From Candidatus Bathyarchaeia archaeon (lineage in GTDB: Archaea; Thermoproteota; CALKCG01; B24): a DNA stretch of 64,000 nucleotides. The stretch lies in NCBI GenBank assembly GCA_038870975.1, contig JAVZJD010000002.1:32001-96000 (forward strand), read 5' to 3'. Below are positions 49,616 through 60,194 of the stretch, in pieces; within the stretch, counting starts at the first letter, position 1, and each line of letters opens with the position of its first letter. The notes below the pieces were generated by a model that saw nothing but the letters and a program-made list of their open reading frames with translations, did no database searches and was not told the DNA's origin. The translations under genes and the position numbers were made by a program.

Positions 49616-50683
49616 TTAAGGAGGTTTTAGAAGGCTCCAGAATTCCTTTGGAAGCCTAATATCATATCTCCCTGGTTTTTCAACTGGTAGTTCACCACTC
49701 TTTATCATCGCAAACAGTGGGTTTTCTAGTGTTTGAAGAGGCATACGTATGAGACTTCTTGAGCGACTAGATTCGTATATTGCCATCATTATCTCCATAT
49801 CTATCCTAGATTGGTAGCCGCTACTCCTATGCATACTGACTTTACCTTCAACCCAGTCTATCAGCTGTGAAAACTCTGTTGTTTTATCTTCTAAAGGCTT
49901 AAGTTTGTCCCACCCTTCTGATGATAAAACTTTAGCCTCTTCATCTGTTGCGACGAGTAAACCTTCTGTGCACTCTAATATCACGTGAAACCACTCTAAT
50001 TTATGCGTAATAGGAGTATCCACTTCGATCAGGAGTTTCACTCCGTCTTTAAAGGAGACTAGGCCTACGCATCGGTCTTCTATCGGTATACCCCTTTCAT
50101 ACCTATCCGTTTTCCGTTCAATCTGCCCTATAACCCACTCAGGCTCAGGGTCTCCAAGCCAAAATCTAACTGTGTTTACCAGGTGAGAACCGTTGTTTAA
50201 AAGCCCATCTTCTCTCCTCCCATGTGCCAATATAGGCCTACCAAGTATCCCCTTTGAAAGAAACTCCTTAACGGATAAATGGACTGGGTGAAATCTACGC
50301 TGATGCCTAACCGCCAATTTAACACCATACTTATCACAGGCTTCAACCATCATATTGGCTTCGCTTAGGCTCACAGCCATAGGCTTTTCACATAAAACAC
50401 CTTTAACATCGGATTCGGCGGCTTTAACGGTTATCTCAGCGTGTGTTTGAGCCCACGTACAAACGCTCACAAAATCTAAATCCTCATTTTTAAACATCTC
50501 CACATAGTCTCTGTAAAACCTTCTTATGCCGAATTTACCTGCTAAAGTCTCTGCCCTAGCCAAATCTATATCTGCAACTGCAACTACTTCAGCAGAACCT
50601 GTGCTAAGCCAGCCTTGAATATGGCTCGAAGCAATACCCCCGCATCCTACAATTCCAACTGTGTATTTAGCCACTGCCGTCAC
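49616..50683 (-). CDS. Gfo/Idh/MocA family oxidoreductase
   Basis: GIVGCGGIA, CEKPMA, LLNNGSH. Confidence 0.88.
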   Translation of the reverse strand: MTAVAKYTVGIVGCGGIASSHIQGWLSTGSAEVVAVADIDLARAETLAGKFGIRRFYRDYVEMFKNEDLDFVSVCTWAQTHAEITVKAAESDVKGVLCEKPMAVSLSEANMMVEACDKYGVKLAVRHQRRFHPVHLSVKEFLSKGILGRPILAHGRREDGLLNNGSHLVNTVRFWLGDPEPEWVIGQIERKTDRYERGIPIEDRCVGLVSFKDGVKLLIEVDTPITHKLEWFHVILECTEGLLVATDEEAKVLSSEGWDKLKPLEDKTTEFSQLIDWVEGKVSMHRSSGYQSRIDMEIMMAIYESSRSRSLIRMPLQTLENPLFAMIKSGELPVEKPGRYDIRLPKEFWSLLKPP

Positions 50684-50753
50684 CTAGACTTGAAGAACGT
50701 AAAGTGTCTATATAAAGGTCTTTTTTAGGATAAAATAAGAGGAAGATTTACCT

Positions 50754-51551
50754 TTACAGAAACCGCTGAAGAAGCCGCTCTACATTCCTATGTAGAATAT
50801 TATGGCGTTCTTCATCAGTTATCCTAGAGAAGATCACACAACCTATTCCATAGTGTGGGTCAAACCAAGGCAAATCTGTGCCGAACAGTATCTTCTCAGA
50901 CCCAGCTCCTTTAACCATCCATTCTATTACGCCGTTCACAGCGTAAGCTGCGGTTAACTCTAGGTAGACGTTTGGATAGTCCCGTGCCACTTGGATAGCC
51001 TTCTCCCACTCTCCATAGCCTGAATGCCCCATTAGAAATATGACGTTCGGATATTTGACGGCTATTTTCTCGACGAGCGCTGGGGAATCGTAGGGGCTAT
51101 AACCCCAGGTGTGAAGTAGCACTATCAATCTATTTTCATCAGCATATTTTAAAGCGTTTTCATACCTCGGACTAGTTATAGGATGCTTATGGTAATCTGA
51201 CAGAAATTTAAATCCAACAAACCCCTCGAGCTCTGAGAACCTTCTTATCTCATTAGGTATTTCTTCTGGGTAATTTGGATTTATAACCCAGTATGCTCTA
51301 AATCTATCTGGATACTTTCTCACAACATCAACCATTTTGATATTCTCTCTACTGTCTATCAGAGCCGCATGAGAACTTGAGATGGCTATTTTCACGCCGC
51401 ATCTATCCATAGTACGTATCATATCTTCAGGTGAAGGATTTGGAAAGTATATACCTTGGTATGGTCCTAGGTGCGTATGCACATCTATCACGGGGCAAGA
51501 CCTGCTCTTCCCCTCATCCATAAACTCTCTAACTATTTGAGAAGATATCAT
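50754..51551 (-). CDS. Amidohydrolase family protein
   Basis: IDVHTH, GFK, LLH, MGHSG, ILFGTDLP. Confidence 0.88.
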   Translation of the reverse strand: MISSQIVREFMDEGKSRSCPVIDVHTHLGPYQGIYFPNPSPEDMIRTMDRCGVKIAISSSHAALIDSRENIKMVDVVRKYPDRFRAYWVINPNYPEEIPNEIRRFSELEGFVGFKFLSDYHKHPITSPRYENALKYADENRLIVLLHTWGYSPYDSPALVEKIAVKYPNVIFLMGHSGYGEWEKAIQVARDYPNVYLELTAAYAVNGVIEWMVKGAGSEKILFGTDLPWFDPHYGIGCVIFSRITDEERHNILHRNVERLLQRFL

Positions 51552-52348
51552 ATCCTCACCCTCCTGAGTATACGTCTAATGTTACCCGAGGCTATCATCC
51601 CCCTCTCTTTGCTCGTTATATCTGCTTGAGCCAACATTAGAATAGGTCCACCTGGGTTCCACCAAGGATAGCCCGTGCCAAATAAGAGTCTTTCTGCACC
51701 GTATTTTGCACAGAAGTCGCTTATACCACCATCCAATTCATACCTTGAAATGTCTAAGTACAGATTCTCATACTTCTCAATTAACGGTCTGAAAAACCTA
51801 TCCTGACCCCAACTTCCGTGCTCTGTTACTACGAGTGTTAAATCCGGAGCATCAGACAGTATCTGCTCGATTAAATACCAGCCAGATATTCCCCCGCAGG
51901 ATTCGTTAATTGAGATGAATAGTGGAATATTCCCCTCGATCATAAAGTCGTAGAGTGATCCCAAGGCCGTTCTAGTCATTAGAAACTTATGCTCTGAAGG
52001 AAATGCTCTAAAAGCCTTTATTCTGTTGAGCTTCATCTTTTCAAGTAAATCTTCGAAAGACCCCATCTCTCCAGTTTGCGGTGGGAGTATTGCAAAAACC
52101 CCATAAAGCCTACCAATACCTTTAATTTCACTTGCGAGTATTTCATTTCCTACAACGGGTGAATCATCACGTTGTCTTGAATGGAAGACTAAGGCTTCTT
52201 TAATACCGTAGAAATCCATCTCCTCCAATAGTTCTTTAGCGCTTTCAGCATACCTAATCGGTCTAATCATAGGTCTACCGAAACACGCATTACAATCGAA
52301 AAACTCCAATCGAGTCAACCCTCGTCTGTCCATTATATGTATCGACAT
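51548..52348 (-). CDS. Amidohydrolase-fold protein with degenerate metal site
   Basis: FDCNACFG in place of DxHxH, LYLDIS, LLFGTGYP; true start may be 52333 or 52309. Confidence 0.75.
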   Translation of the reverse strand: MSIHIMDRRGLTRLEFFDCNACFGRPMIRPIRYAESAKELLEEMDFYGIKEALVFHSRQRDDSPVVGNEILASEIKGIGRLYGVFAILPPQTGEMGSFEDLLEKMKLNRIKAFRAFPSEHKFLMTRTALGSLYDFMIEGNIPLFISINESCGGISGWYLIEQILSDAPDLTLVVTEHGSWGQDRFFRPLIEKYENLYLDISRYELDGGISDFCAKYGAERLLFGTGYPWWNPGGPILMLAQADITSKERGMIASGNIRRILRRVRI

Positions 52349-52397
52349 TTAAAACTTTTCACCTTAGAATGTTTAAAACGTAGAACAATCATCGAGA

Positions 52398-53216
52398 TTA
52401 GGGTTTTCTACCTTTAACAAGATATGCCGACGTGAACAACGCTATGGCTACTATTGCTATTGCACCGCTAGTAGGGATATTAAAGTAGAGTGAGAAAGCT
52501 ACCCCTCCGAGTCCTGATGTGAGGGCTATTAATAGAGATAGTATAAACATGGTTTCTACAGAACGTGTTAGAAACCTCGAAGTAGCGGCTGGAACCACTA
52601 GGAGTACGACGGATAGTAGGACACCGATGGTTTTAGCGACTACAGCAACAGTTACAGCTGAAACAGCGAAAAGTAGTAAATCGTATAATCCTACTCTAAG
52701 TCCGAAGGCTTCGGAGGTTTCAGAGTCGAAGCAGATATATAGAAATTCCCTGTAGAATAGAATGGTGACTATAATTGCCACGGTTGAAGCAACGGCTAGG
52801 CTGAGTACTTCTAAGTTTGAGAGTAATAGAAGGTCGCTTACTAAGTAACCGTCTACAAGCATCTTCTTATCTATTGGTAGATAGCTCCTTACGACCGCGT
52901 ATACCGTTACGCTTAAAGCTAATGTAAAACTCAACATAACGCCTAAAGCCTGAGGGCCACTTCTCCCAGCGCGTGATATGAAGATAGAAGTCATTACACA
53001 GAATAGTATTACGAATAGGAATGGATCTAAAACACCGGGGAGAATAATCTGAATTAAAACGCCTATTGCCGCACCGCCTAAAGCTGCGTGTGAAACTTCA
53101 GGCGTTATATACAGGGCCCCCCTTAGGAGCATTAAAGTTGAAACTATAGCTGAGAACGATGCGAATACTACTCCTAAAATCGCCTTCAAAATAAACGGCT
53201 CAAGCATGTCTATCAC
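52398..53216 (-). CDS. Zn/Mn ABC transporter permease
   Basis: VSHAALGG, CFDSETSEAFGL, IGVLL..VPAA. Confidence 0.9.
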   Translation of the reverse strand: MIDMLEPFILKAILGVVFASFSAIVSTLMLLRGALYITPEVSHAALGGAAIGVLIQIILPGVLDPFLFVILFCVMTSIFISRAGRSGPQALGVMLSFTLALSVTVYAVVRSYLPIDKKMLVDGYLVSDLLLLSNLEVLSLAVASTVAIIVTILFYREFLYICFDSETSEAFGLRVGLYDLLLFAVSAVTVAVVAKTIGVLLSVVLLVVPAATSRFLTRSVETMFILSLLIALTSGLGGVAFSLYFNIPTSGAIAIVAIALFTSAYLVKGRKP

Positions 53217-53919
53217 CTAGAATCACCATACGTTTACCCTCCCTCTCTACAGTTTTAACACACGGATAAGTGTTCTTCAAAATATCCTCGTTTAAAACGT
53301 TACTCGGCTCTCCGTAAACGCATACAGTCCTATTTAAAACGAGAATTTTATCCGCTAACTCCACTATAGGGTCGAATTCGTGCTCTACGATGACTATACT
53401 CCTCCCATTTTCTTTAAGAGATTTAAAAATGTTGAGCAGTTTCTCTTGACTTTCAACATCCAATCCTGCAAATACTTCATCTAGAAATAGAATCTGCGGG
53501 TTGGATGCTAATGCTCTAGATATTAAAACCCTCCTCTGTTGTCCTCCACTGAGCTCATTGAACGGGACATCCCAGTAGTCATACATGCCCATGTATTCTA
53601 AAGCCTCCTTAGCTTTTTCAAAATCCTCTCTGGAGACAACCCTTGGAAAACGCTTCTTAAGCAGTATCCCCATTAAGACGACTTCACCGACTTTCAAAGG
53701 GACTTCATAAGATATCCTATCCTTCTGAGGAACATAACCAGAAAGCATCCTCAACTTCAAACCATCTGTGAGAGTATTTAAACCTAAAATTTCTACAGAG
53801 CCTTTAAGCGGTTTAATAATTCCGAGCATCAATTTTATCAAGGTTGTTTTACCAGCACCATTCGGCCCGACGATCATTAAAACCGACGGCTTCTCGACTT
53901 CAAAACTTACACTATCCAA
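53200..53919 (-). CDS. Zn/Mn ABC transporter ATP-binding protein
   Basis: GPNGAGKTT, GYVPQ, LSGGQQRR, LFLDE; homology extends upstream of the ORF start (PVISLKDVTV). Confidence 0.92.
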   Translation of the reverse strand: MDSVSFEVEKPSVLMIVGPNGAGKTTLIKLMLGIIKPLKGSVEILGLNTLTDGLKLRMLSGYVPQKDRISYEVPLKVGEVVLMGILLKKRFPRVVSREDFEKAKEALEYMGMYDYWDVPFNELSGGQQRRVLISRALASNPQILFLDEVFAGLDVESQEKLLNIFKSLKENGRSIVIVEHEFDPIVELADKILVLNRTVCVYGEPSNVLNEDILKNTYPCVKTVEREGKRMVILGDRHA

Positions 53920-53963
53920 TACTATACGTTCTCCAAGTTTAACCGTAACGTCTTTCAGAGATA

Positions 53964-54992
53964 TTACTGGGCCGTTCGTCTTCTCACACTCCGAATCAAT
54001 ATGATGGTTTCAATCACCACCACGAATAACGCTAGAATCGCCGTCAGAAAGTAGATGTTAAATCCGCTTGAAGACGACCTCCGGTTTGTTAGAAGAGCAT
54101 TGTAAACTTGCCCAGCGTTGTAGTACATGACGGAATCGTATTGATCTAAACCGTTGGATGAAATAGTTAAGACATACGCAATTGAACAGCCAGTTTCCTC
54201 AGATAACTCCCTGAGGGCGTTTTGAACACTGCTCATCGAGAGGGCGACATCCGAGACCAATATACAAGCGTATTCTCCGGATTTAAACCCATCATACACC
54301 TTCATTAGAGTCTCAGGTTTTATAGTCTCTTCTTCACCCTTCAAGACTATACTGACCTGTAAGCCCATGGCCTCTGCAATGTATTGTTCACTGTAAAAGC
54401 CTACTACAACTTTCTTATTGAGTTGTCCGTACTTCTCCGAAAGCTTCGCAAGAGCATCTTTAAGTTTTAAAATTCTTTTCTCAAATAGAATATAGTTCTG
54501 CGTAAACTCTTCGGAGTATTCAGGTTTGATTGTTGAAAGTTTATCTTTCAATGCTTCAGCTATCACTATAGCATTATCTGGCAGAAGCCAGAACCCGTGG
54601 ATATTCTTCTCACCTTCAATATCAAGTATCCTAATCCCATTCAACTCTAACAGGTTTATAGATGTTAGACTTGGTTGAATACTTCTCTCTTCTGAAACCC
54701 TCTCAACAAGCTTCTTCTCCCAATCCATATGTCCAGTTATGACGATTAAATCGGAATTTAAGACTTCCCGAATAATACTGGACGTTAGAGTAAAACTGTG
54801 GGGTTCTACTTCTCCCGATGCTATCGAATAGATTTCACCTTTATCCCCTAATATTGGCGAGATAATAGTCTTTAAAATATCCAACGTAACAGCTACCCTG
54901 ATCTTCGCATCCCGCTGAGCTAAACACGAAGACAGGTTTAAACCCACCAGAGCAACAGCTATAGCTACGATTGGTACTTCCTTACGCAACAC
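53964..54992 (-). CDS. Zn/Mn ABC transporter substrate-binding protein with C-terminal membrane anchor
   Basis: Signal peptide, EPHSF, NIHGFWLLP, C-terminal TM. Confidence 0.88.
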   Translation of the reverse strand: MLRKEVPIVAIAVALVGLNLSSCLAQRDAKIRVAVTLDILKTIISPILGDKGEIYSIASGEVEPHSFTLTSSIIREVLNSDLIVITGHMDWEKKLVERVSEERSIQPSLTSINLLELNGIRILDIEGEKNIHGFWLLPDNAIVIAEALKDKLSTIKPEYSEEFTQNYILFEKRILKLKDALAKLSEKYGQLNKKVVVGFYSEQYIAEAMGLQVSIVLKGEEETIKPETLMKVYDGFKSGEYACILVSDVALSMSSVQNALRELSEETGCSIAYVLTISSNGLDQYDSVMYYNAGQVYNALLTNRRSSSSGFNIYFLTAILALFVVVIETIILIRSVRRRTAQ

Positions 54993-55426
54993 TCATCCCC
55001 TCTAGGGATACGCTCATTATGAGGACATTTTTCAGGATGTCCCATGATACTACACATAGAATCGACAACCTCTTCTGAAAGATACAGCTCGATTCTACGC
55101 GCACACTTACATGCGTCTTTTAAGCTTATTGAGAGGAACCTGTAAGCATAAGTTTCGAAAACCCTGTGGTTCCTAAGGATTCTATCGACCTCTCTAACAC
55201 CAGCCTCCGAAAGACTAACACCTTTCCAAGGCCTCCTCTTAAGCATACCTTTACCGTAGAGCTTCTTAAGAGTCTCACTGGCAGTTGCACATGAAACCCC
55301 CACAGCTTCAGCTACTTCAAGGGTTCCAACACTCTCTCTACCAGAGAGTAATCTAAAAATAGTCTTGAGGTATTCCGCTTCTTTCTCGGTTAAAGTCTTT
55401 GATCGACTTCTCCTAGATTTAGGCAC
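54965..55426 (-). CDS. DtxR/MntR family metal-dependent repressor
   Basis: EYLKTIF, HTH, RNHRVFE, GHPEKCPH..IP. Confidence 0.9.
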   Translation of the reverse strand: MPKSRRSRSKTLTEKEAEYLKTIFRLLSGRESVGTLEVAEAVGVSCATASETLKKLYGKGMLKRRPWKGVSLSEAGVREVDRILRNHRVFETYAYRFLSISLKDACKCARRIELYLSEEVVDSMCSIMGHPEKCPHNERIPRGDECCVRKYQS

Positions 55427-55452
55427 AACCTAATTTAGGTTTAACCTAAATT
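55419..55452. promoter_or_regulatory. Two tandem DtxR/MntR-type operators TTAGG-N5-CCTAA
   Basis: TTAGGCACAACCTAA (55419-55433, over the GTG start) and perfect palindrome AATTTAGGTT-T-AACCTAAATT (55432-55452) next to the TATA box. Confidence 0.8.
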
Positions 55453-55599
55453 TAAACATATCTTAGAAACCCCTCACTAGAAGACCCCTAGGATATTGGA
55501 CTTTAAAATGAAAATGGGAAAATGAATTTAAATCCATGATAAGTTGAATCGTAGAAGAAGCATCGGTCTAACTTCAACATCCTCCTTCAAAACCCTCTA

Positions 55600-56547
55600 C
55601 TATAGGTATAAGTCAAACCAAGTCTTTGCCAGTACGAGGAAGTTAGGAGTGTATGCGTGAGTCTGACCGTGGAATTCAATAATAGCCCTAGTACTTGGTA
55701 GCTTCTCATACAGTGAGAATATTAGATCATATGGACATATATCGTCCCGTTCTCCTGCTGTCAGAAGTACTGGATGTCTCATCCTAGGCGCATGGGCTAT
55801 CGTATCTACAAAGCCTAAAGTGTGGAAGCACTTTTTAAACCCATCTGCATCCTTCGGTAGACGTGCAAACACCATATCGTATGCTATTGAACGCTTCTCC
55901 TTCAAAAATTCTCTTGGAAAATTCGTTAGAAATGGTACATCTGCAGCAACGGCTCCTACAATACCCTCATCTGAAAGAATACTACCGAGTATTAACGAAG
56001 CTCCACCGCCTTGGCTAGTCCCATAAAAGCCAATCTTCCTATCGACTTCATTCTGTTTCTGAAGCCAACGTAAGGCTATTATAGCGTCTTGAAACCACAA
56101 ACGATATCCATACTTCTTCGGGTTTTCAAGGTTAAGATAGATGACTCTAGCTAAACCATCGGCTTCTCTCCACTCTCTATTTCCAAAGCCCTCAGGGCCA
56201 CAATACCCCCTCGGGTTGATGTGGAGAACATGGTATCCATTATGCACTAGACTCGGATGTACCGATACTTCAGTTCCATAGCCGGGTAAATGTATCAGAG
56301 CCTTACGGACACCAGGCCTTGGACACTTCTGCCATAGACACCAGAAGGGCTTCCCATCTAAACCCATAAATTTAAGCCAGACTCCGCCTCCAATATGGTA
56401 GTCACAGGGGTTTGGATAAACCCTCTGAGTTTGATCTATTACTTCTTCAGGTTTAATGGATTCAGGGATTTCACAGACGGCCTCTCTCCAGTAGTCTTCA
56501 ACTTCATCAAGTGAAGGATAAAAACTCAACAATTCCTGCAAATCCAT
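55600..56547 (-). CDS. Acetylxylan esterase (CE7-like alpha/beta hydrolase)
   Basis: HLPGYG, GTSQGGG nucleophile elbow, ADVPFL, DDICP, late His. Confidence 0.82.
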   Translation of the reverse strand: MDLQELLSFYPSLDEVEDYWREAVCEIPESIKPEEVIDQTQRVYPNPCDYHIGGGVWLKFMGLDGKPFWCLWQKCPRPGVRKALIHLPGYGTEVSVHPSLVHNGYHVLHINPRGYCGPEGFGNREWREADGLARVIYLNLENPKKYGYRLWFQDAIIALRWLQKQNEVDRKIGFYGTSQGGGASLILGSILSDEGIVGAVAADVPFLTNFPREFLKEKRSIAYDMVFARLPKDADGFKKCFHTLGFVDTIAHAPRMRHPVLLTAGERDDICPYDLIFSLYEKLPSTRAIIEFHGQTHAYTPNFLVLAKTWFDLYL

Positions 56548-56811
56548 ATACTACATATGAACTGAGAAGTTCCTTTTCTAATTTACGGTCTAACACGATT
56601 CTACTTACCTATGAAATCGGGCTAAAACATAATACATACAGCTGGAGGCTTCACATGGGATGGGAAGAAGATACTCACATGGAATAAGGTAGTCTGGATT
56701 CTACTCGTCTTAGCGACAACAGCTTTAATAGTATTGGATGTAATATTCTAGTGGAAGAATGCCTACAATAGAATCGACTAGACGGCTTAGGAAGTAGCTA
56801 TCGGAAGTACT

Positions 56812-57015
56812 CTATGGAATTTTTACGTGTTTGAATTTCTCGCTGGCTTGTTCTCCACTCACGCCCCAGTTCTCCTTTGGAATTTCATGTACTATTACTT
56901 CAACAGCTTCTGAAGGTATACCCAGCTCAGTGAAGACTTTAGTTATTCCCGCTATAGTCTTCTTCTTAGCTTCGTTGGAGAAACCGCTCCAAACATACAC
57001 GTGTACAACAGGCAT
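56812..57015 (-). CDS. 4-oxalocrotonate tautomerase family protein
   Basis: N-terminal Pro (MPVV), VIVHEIPKENWGVSG; GAGG RBS. Confidence 0.9.
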   Translation of the reverse strand: MPVVHVYVWSGFSNEAKKKTIAGITKVFTELGIPSEAVEVIVHEIPKENWGVSGEQASEKFKHVKIP

Positions 57016-57192
57016 AATTTAACCTCGGTCTTTCAATCTTAAAACTCTTATGCAACATGTAAAACGTTTAGAATGGAATTGATCTGGCAGCCGGAATTTA
57101 ATTTGAAACCAGAGAGTCAGTAGATGTATTGAAATACGATAACATTTTAAAACATCCTTTCCTCTTCTACCATCTTAAAAGCTTGTGAAGCT

Positions 57193-57792
57193 ATGGGTCT
57201 CCAGAGGAGTAAAGTAGTAGTTTTACTTTCGTCTTAATATTCTATCCCATTGGGGTCTATTTACACCCGTTAATGCCTGAGGAAATGGTTAGTGAAGTCG
57301 ATGGGTGTCTTCCTAAATTCTGGCCTCTTTTCATACTTCCATTTATTTTCACCGGAATCGCTCTACTGTTTATAGCAATACCTAAAGGATAATATTGAGA
57401 GTTTTAGGAGATACTACGATGGATTCACGGTCATATTCTCCCTATTCTTCTCCATATACTCAGAAGTTATCCTATGGAATTTAGGAATCCAAATAAGTCC
57501 TTTGATACCAATCCCAATAGGTATTGGACTCTTACTCTTCTATACTGGTATCCTATGTGAAAATGCTAAGAAGAATTGGTTTATTGGGATAAGAACGCAT
57601 TGGACTTTAAGTAGCGATAGAGTATGGGAGACAACGCATAAACTTGGCGGTAAACTATTCAAAACCACTGGTGTAATAGGTATTCTAGGAGTTTTCATCT
57701 GAGAATATGCGTTAATTCTAATCCTTGCTTCAACACTATCGGTTTCAGTTTATACAATCATCTACTCATACTTTGACATTAGAGAGAGCTAA
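57193..57792 (+). pseudogene. SdpI family membrane protein, pseudogene
   Basis: NWFIGIRTHWTLSSDRVWETTHKLGGKLF; 5' half broken across frames, in-frame TGA at 57700. Confidence 0.75.
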
Positions 57793-58058
57793 AGCAGAAG
57801 ACCAAGTAACATATCAGTCGGCTTTACTATTCTCTTTTCTCTACGTGAAGAGAAAACTCAAATTCACCAGTAAAATTTCCTAGAGACCGTATGAGACTTT
57901 TAGATTTAAGTTTCCTATAGAACTAGCTAGAAAGGTTATAGCGGAAATCCTATTGTCAAAATGAGATTTCGATCGAAGATAACTGATAGCGATTAGCCTA
58001 CATAAAAAGCCGTATAAAGCTACCTAATACGTGTTGTAAATAAGCAAACTATTCCATT

Positions 58059-59039
58059 CTAAACTTTATTGAACTCTTCTAGTAGCCACTTTTTAAACTC
58101 CTCGAATGAGCTGAATATCTTCGAGGTATTCGGTCTCATCCAGACGCTGGAGTAATCGACCTCCTGCCCCCACCAGTACCTACTGTGAAGATATCTAGCT
58201 TCATCTACTGGAATAAACTTTATCTTATCCCCCTCAACCGTTATGGGATCCCAATCGACTATAGCCACTAGGTCGCCGCCACCACCCAGTAGGACGCAGC
58301 CGTGTCCTCCCCCCACCGTCGTCGATAGGTAGGCTACTGGGAGCCTCCTACCGGTTATATCGGAATAGATGTAATATAAAGCGGTTAAAACGACGGCGTA
58401 GCTCCAGCAGAGACCTCTACGCTGTCTGAAGCTCAGTACAACCGACCACTCATAAATCTTTATAAACGGTCCATTTGAATAAAAGAGATGCTCCGCTAAA
58501 TCGAAATAACTATCACCCACCTCAGTTGTAAAATAATTACCTCCACCTATGTTGATGGATAGTAGTGGTATTAATGGAGTTGACGCCTCTTCATCTATGG
58601 TGAAGGCATCTCTCCAAGCCCTATATATCCTGTAGAGGTCTGACTTAAAGTCCTCTTCAGTTCCATCCCACCCTCCAGTAGCGTCCATCACAAATTCAAC
58701 CATCTCTCTATCGTAGGCGAAGTAGTATTTCTCCGCAAACTCCTCCTTCTCCATCAGCGTGAAGTTTCCGAGAACTACGAGTTTACCGTTCAAATACATC
58801 AACGCTGCCTCCAGCTCTCTATTCGCCTCAAGAACTCTATGATAGCTCGCGTTAAGCGCTTCAACAGTTGTCTCCAATTCCTTCAGCCGACCGTATAGAG
58901 TTTCATGTAGTATCTCCAACTGCTGAAGCTCCATCCTAAGCTGTCTATTCTCAGAGAGCAGAACGTAAGACGTATACACACTGAAGATTGTAAGTCCAGC
59001 CAACAATAGTACTAGCCCTTTCCATACCCTAGGGCTCAC
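58059..59039 (-). CDS. Membrane-anchored coiled-coil protein with transglutaminase-like (Cys-His-Asp) domain
   Basis: N-terminal TM, heptad stalk, RGLCWSYA, GHGCV, IVDWD. Confidence 0.65.
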   Translation of the reverse strand: MSPRVWKGLVLLLAGLTIFSVYTSYVLLSENRQLRMELQQLEILHETLYGRLKELETTVEALNASYHRVLEANRELEAALMYLNGKLVVLGNFTLMEKEEFAEKYYFAYDREMVEFVMDATGGWDGTEEDFKSDLYRIYRAWRDAFTIDEEASTPLIPLLSINIGGGNYFTTEVGDSYFDLAEHLFYSNGPFIKIYEWSVVLSFRQRRGLCWSYAVVLTALYYIYSDITGRRLPVAYLSTTVGGGHGCVLLGGGGDLVAIVDWDPITVEGDKIKFIPVDEARYLHSRYWWGQEVDYSSVWMRPNTSKIFSSFEEFKKWLLEEFNKV

Positions 59040-59991
59040 AATAGAAGCACCTCATAAACTATGAATACACCTGCGCATATAAGCCTTACATACAAACCAT
59101 ACGAAGCTTCATCAAACTCAATTTTAGACGAAACACATACGCTAGATGGCGTCAATTTACATAATATCGATACACAACATGAACCATGTGGAGAACTAGA
59201 GAAGATGTCCAGGTTTTTCTTTCAGTTCCTTAAAATCGTCTATCCCAAGGCTCTTTAAGAGTTTATCAGCCATAGTGTTCCAGTCGCTCTGGCTATAATC
59301 GATAAATAAGACTGCATGGTATTCCTCATTATAGGAAGATTCGTAAGCGACTTCAATGACGGTAGTTTCTTAAACATATATGCCGGGGATCCATATAGCC
59401 TTCTTTGTCAACCTTACTAAAGTCAGCGTTTATGAAGGCTACGTCGATGAGCGCATCAAAAAGTCCTCAACAGCTGAATATAAAGGTTTTCTGTCTTCAA
59501 GATGAGTTGGCTCACCAGCAAGGATATCAGCCAACTCATCTCTACTCTTTACAATATTAAATTTGATTTTAATATTAAAAAGCTGAGAGAAGAACAGAAG
59601 AAGACAGAGAAAGAAGAGAGATGGGTTAGTGGGGTTGGGGCATTTACAGGCTCTTTGGCGTAGATTCTAACTGAGCATTTACCCTCAGGGTGCTCTATGA
59701 TGTTATATGTGGCGAGCTTCTTCCTTCTAAAAAATCTGTAAGCACTCCATGGAGACGTCGCTTACACTCACCATAAGTGCCCTTAATGAAACTTTGAAGC
59801 GACTAAAAATACCTATCAATAGGATTGAGTGTTGGTGCAGGGTTAGATTCAATTAAAAATGTGGCAAAAACCCGTGTGAGTTCAAACCGAAAAGAAAAAT
59901 AAAAAAACCAATGCAAAAACAAAGCAAGAATCAAGCCCATTTCTCACTCAAAAACAGCCTAAAAATAAGCCCAAAATGAGCAAAACTATGA

Positions 59992-60098
59992 TGCGGGGGG
60001 TGGGATTTGAACCCACGAAGGGCTACCCCACAGCGGCTCTGAGGATAATATTTTTCCTCCTCAGCGCTGCGCCTTAGGCCATGCTTGGCTACCCCCGC
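59992..60098 (-). tRNA. tRNA-Leu(GAG) with 22-nt intron at position 37/38 (60037-60058)
   Basis: GCGGGGG/CCCCCGC acceptor stem, CAGCG-CT-GAG-G, BHB CUGA-GGA/UCAG-AGC, long variable arm, A discriminator. Confidence 0.93.
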
Positions 60099-60194
60099 TC
60101 CATTAATTATAAATGGCTCTTCCTCTTTTTAAATTTAGCTCCATTTTAATTCCTTAAACTTATATATCTGCGGTTTGATTCTTAAAGGGTATAT

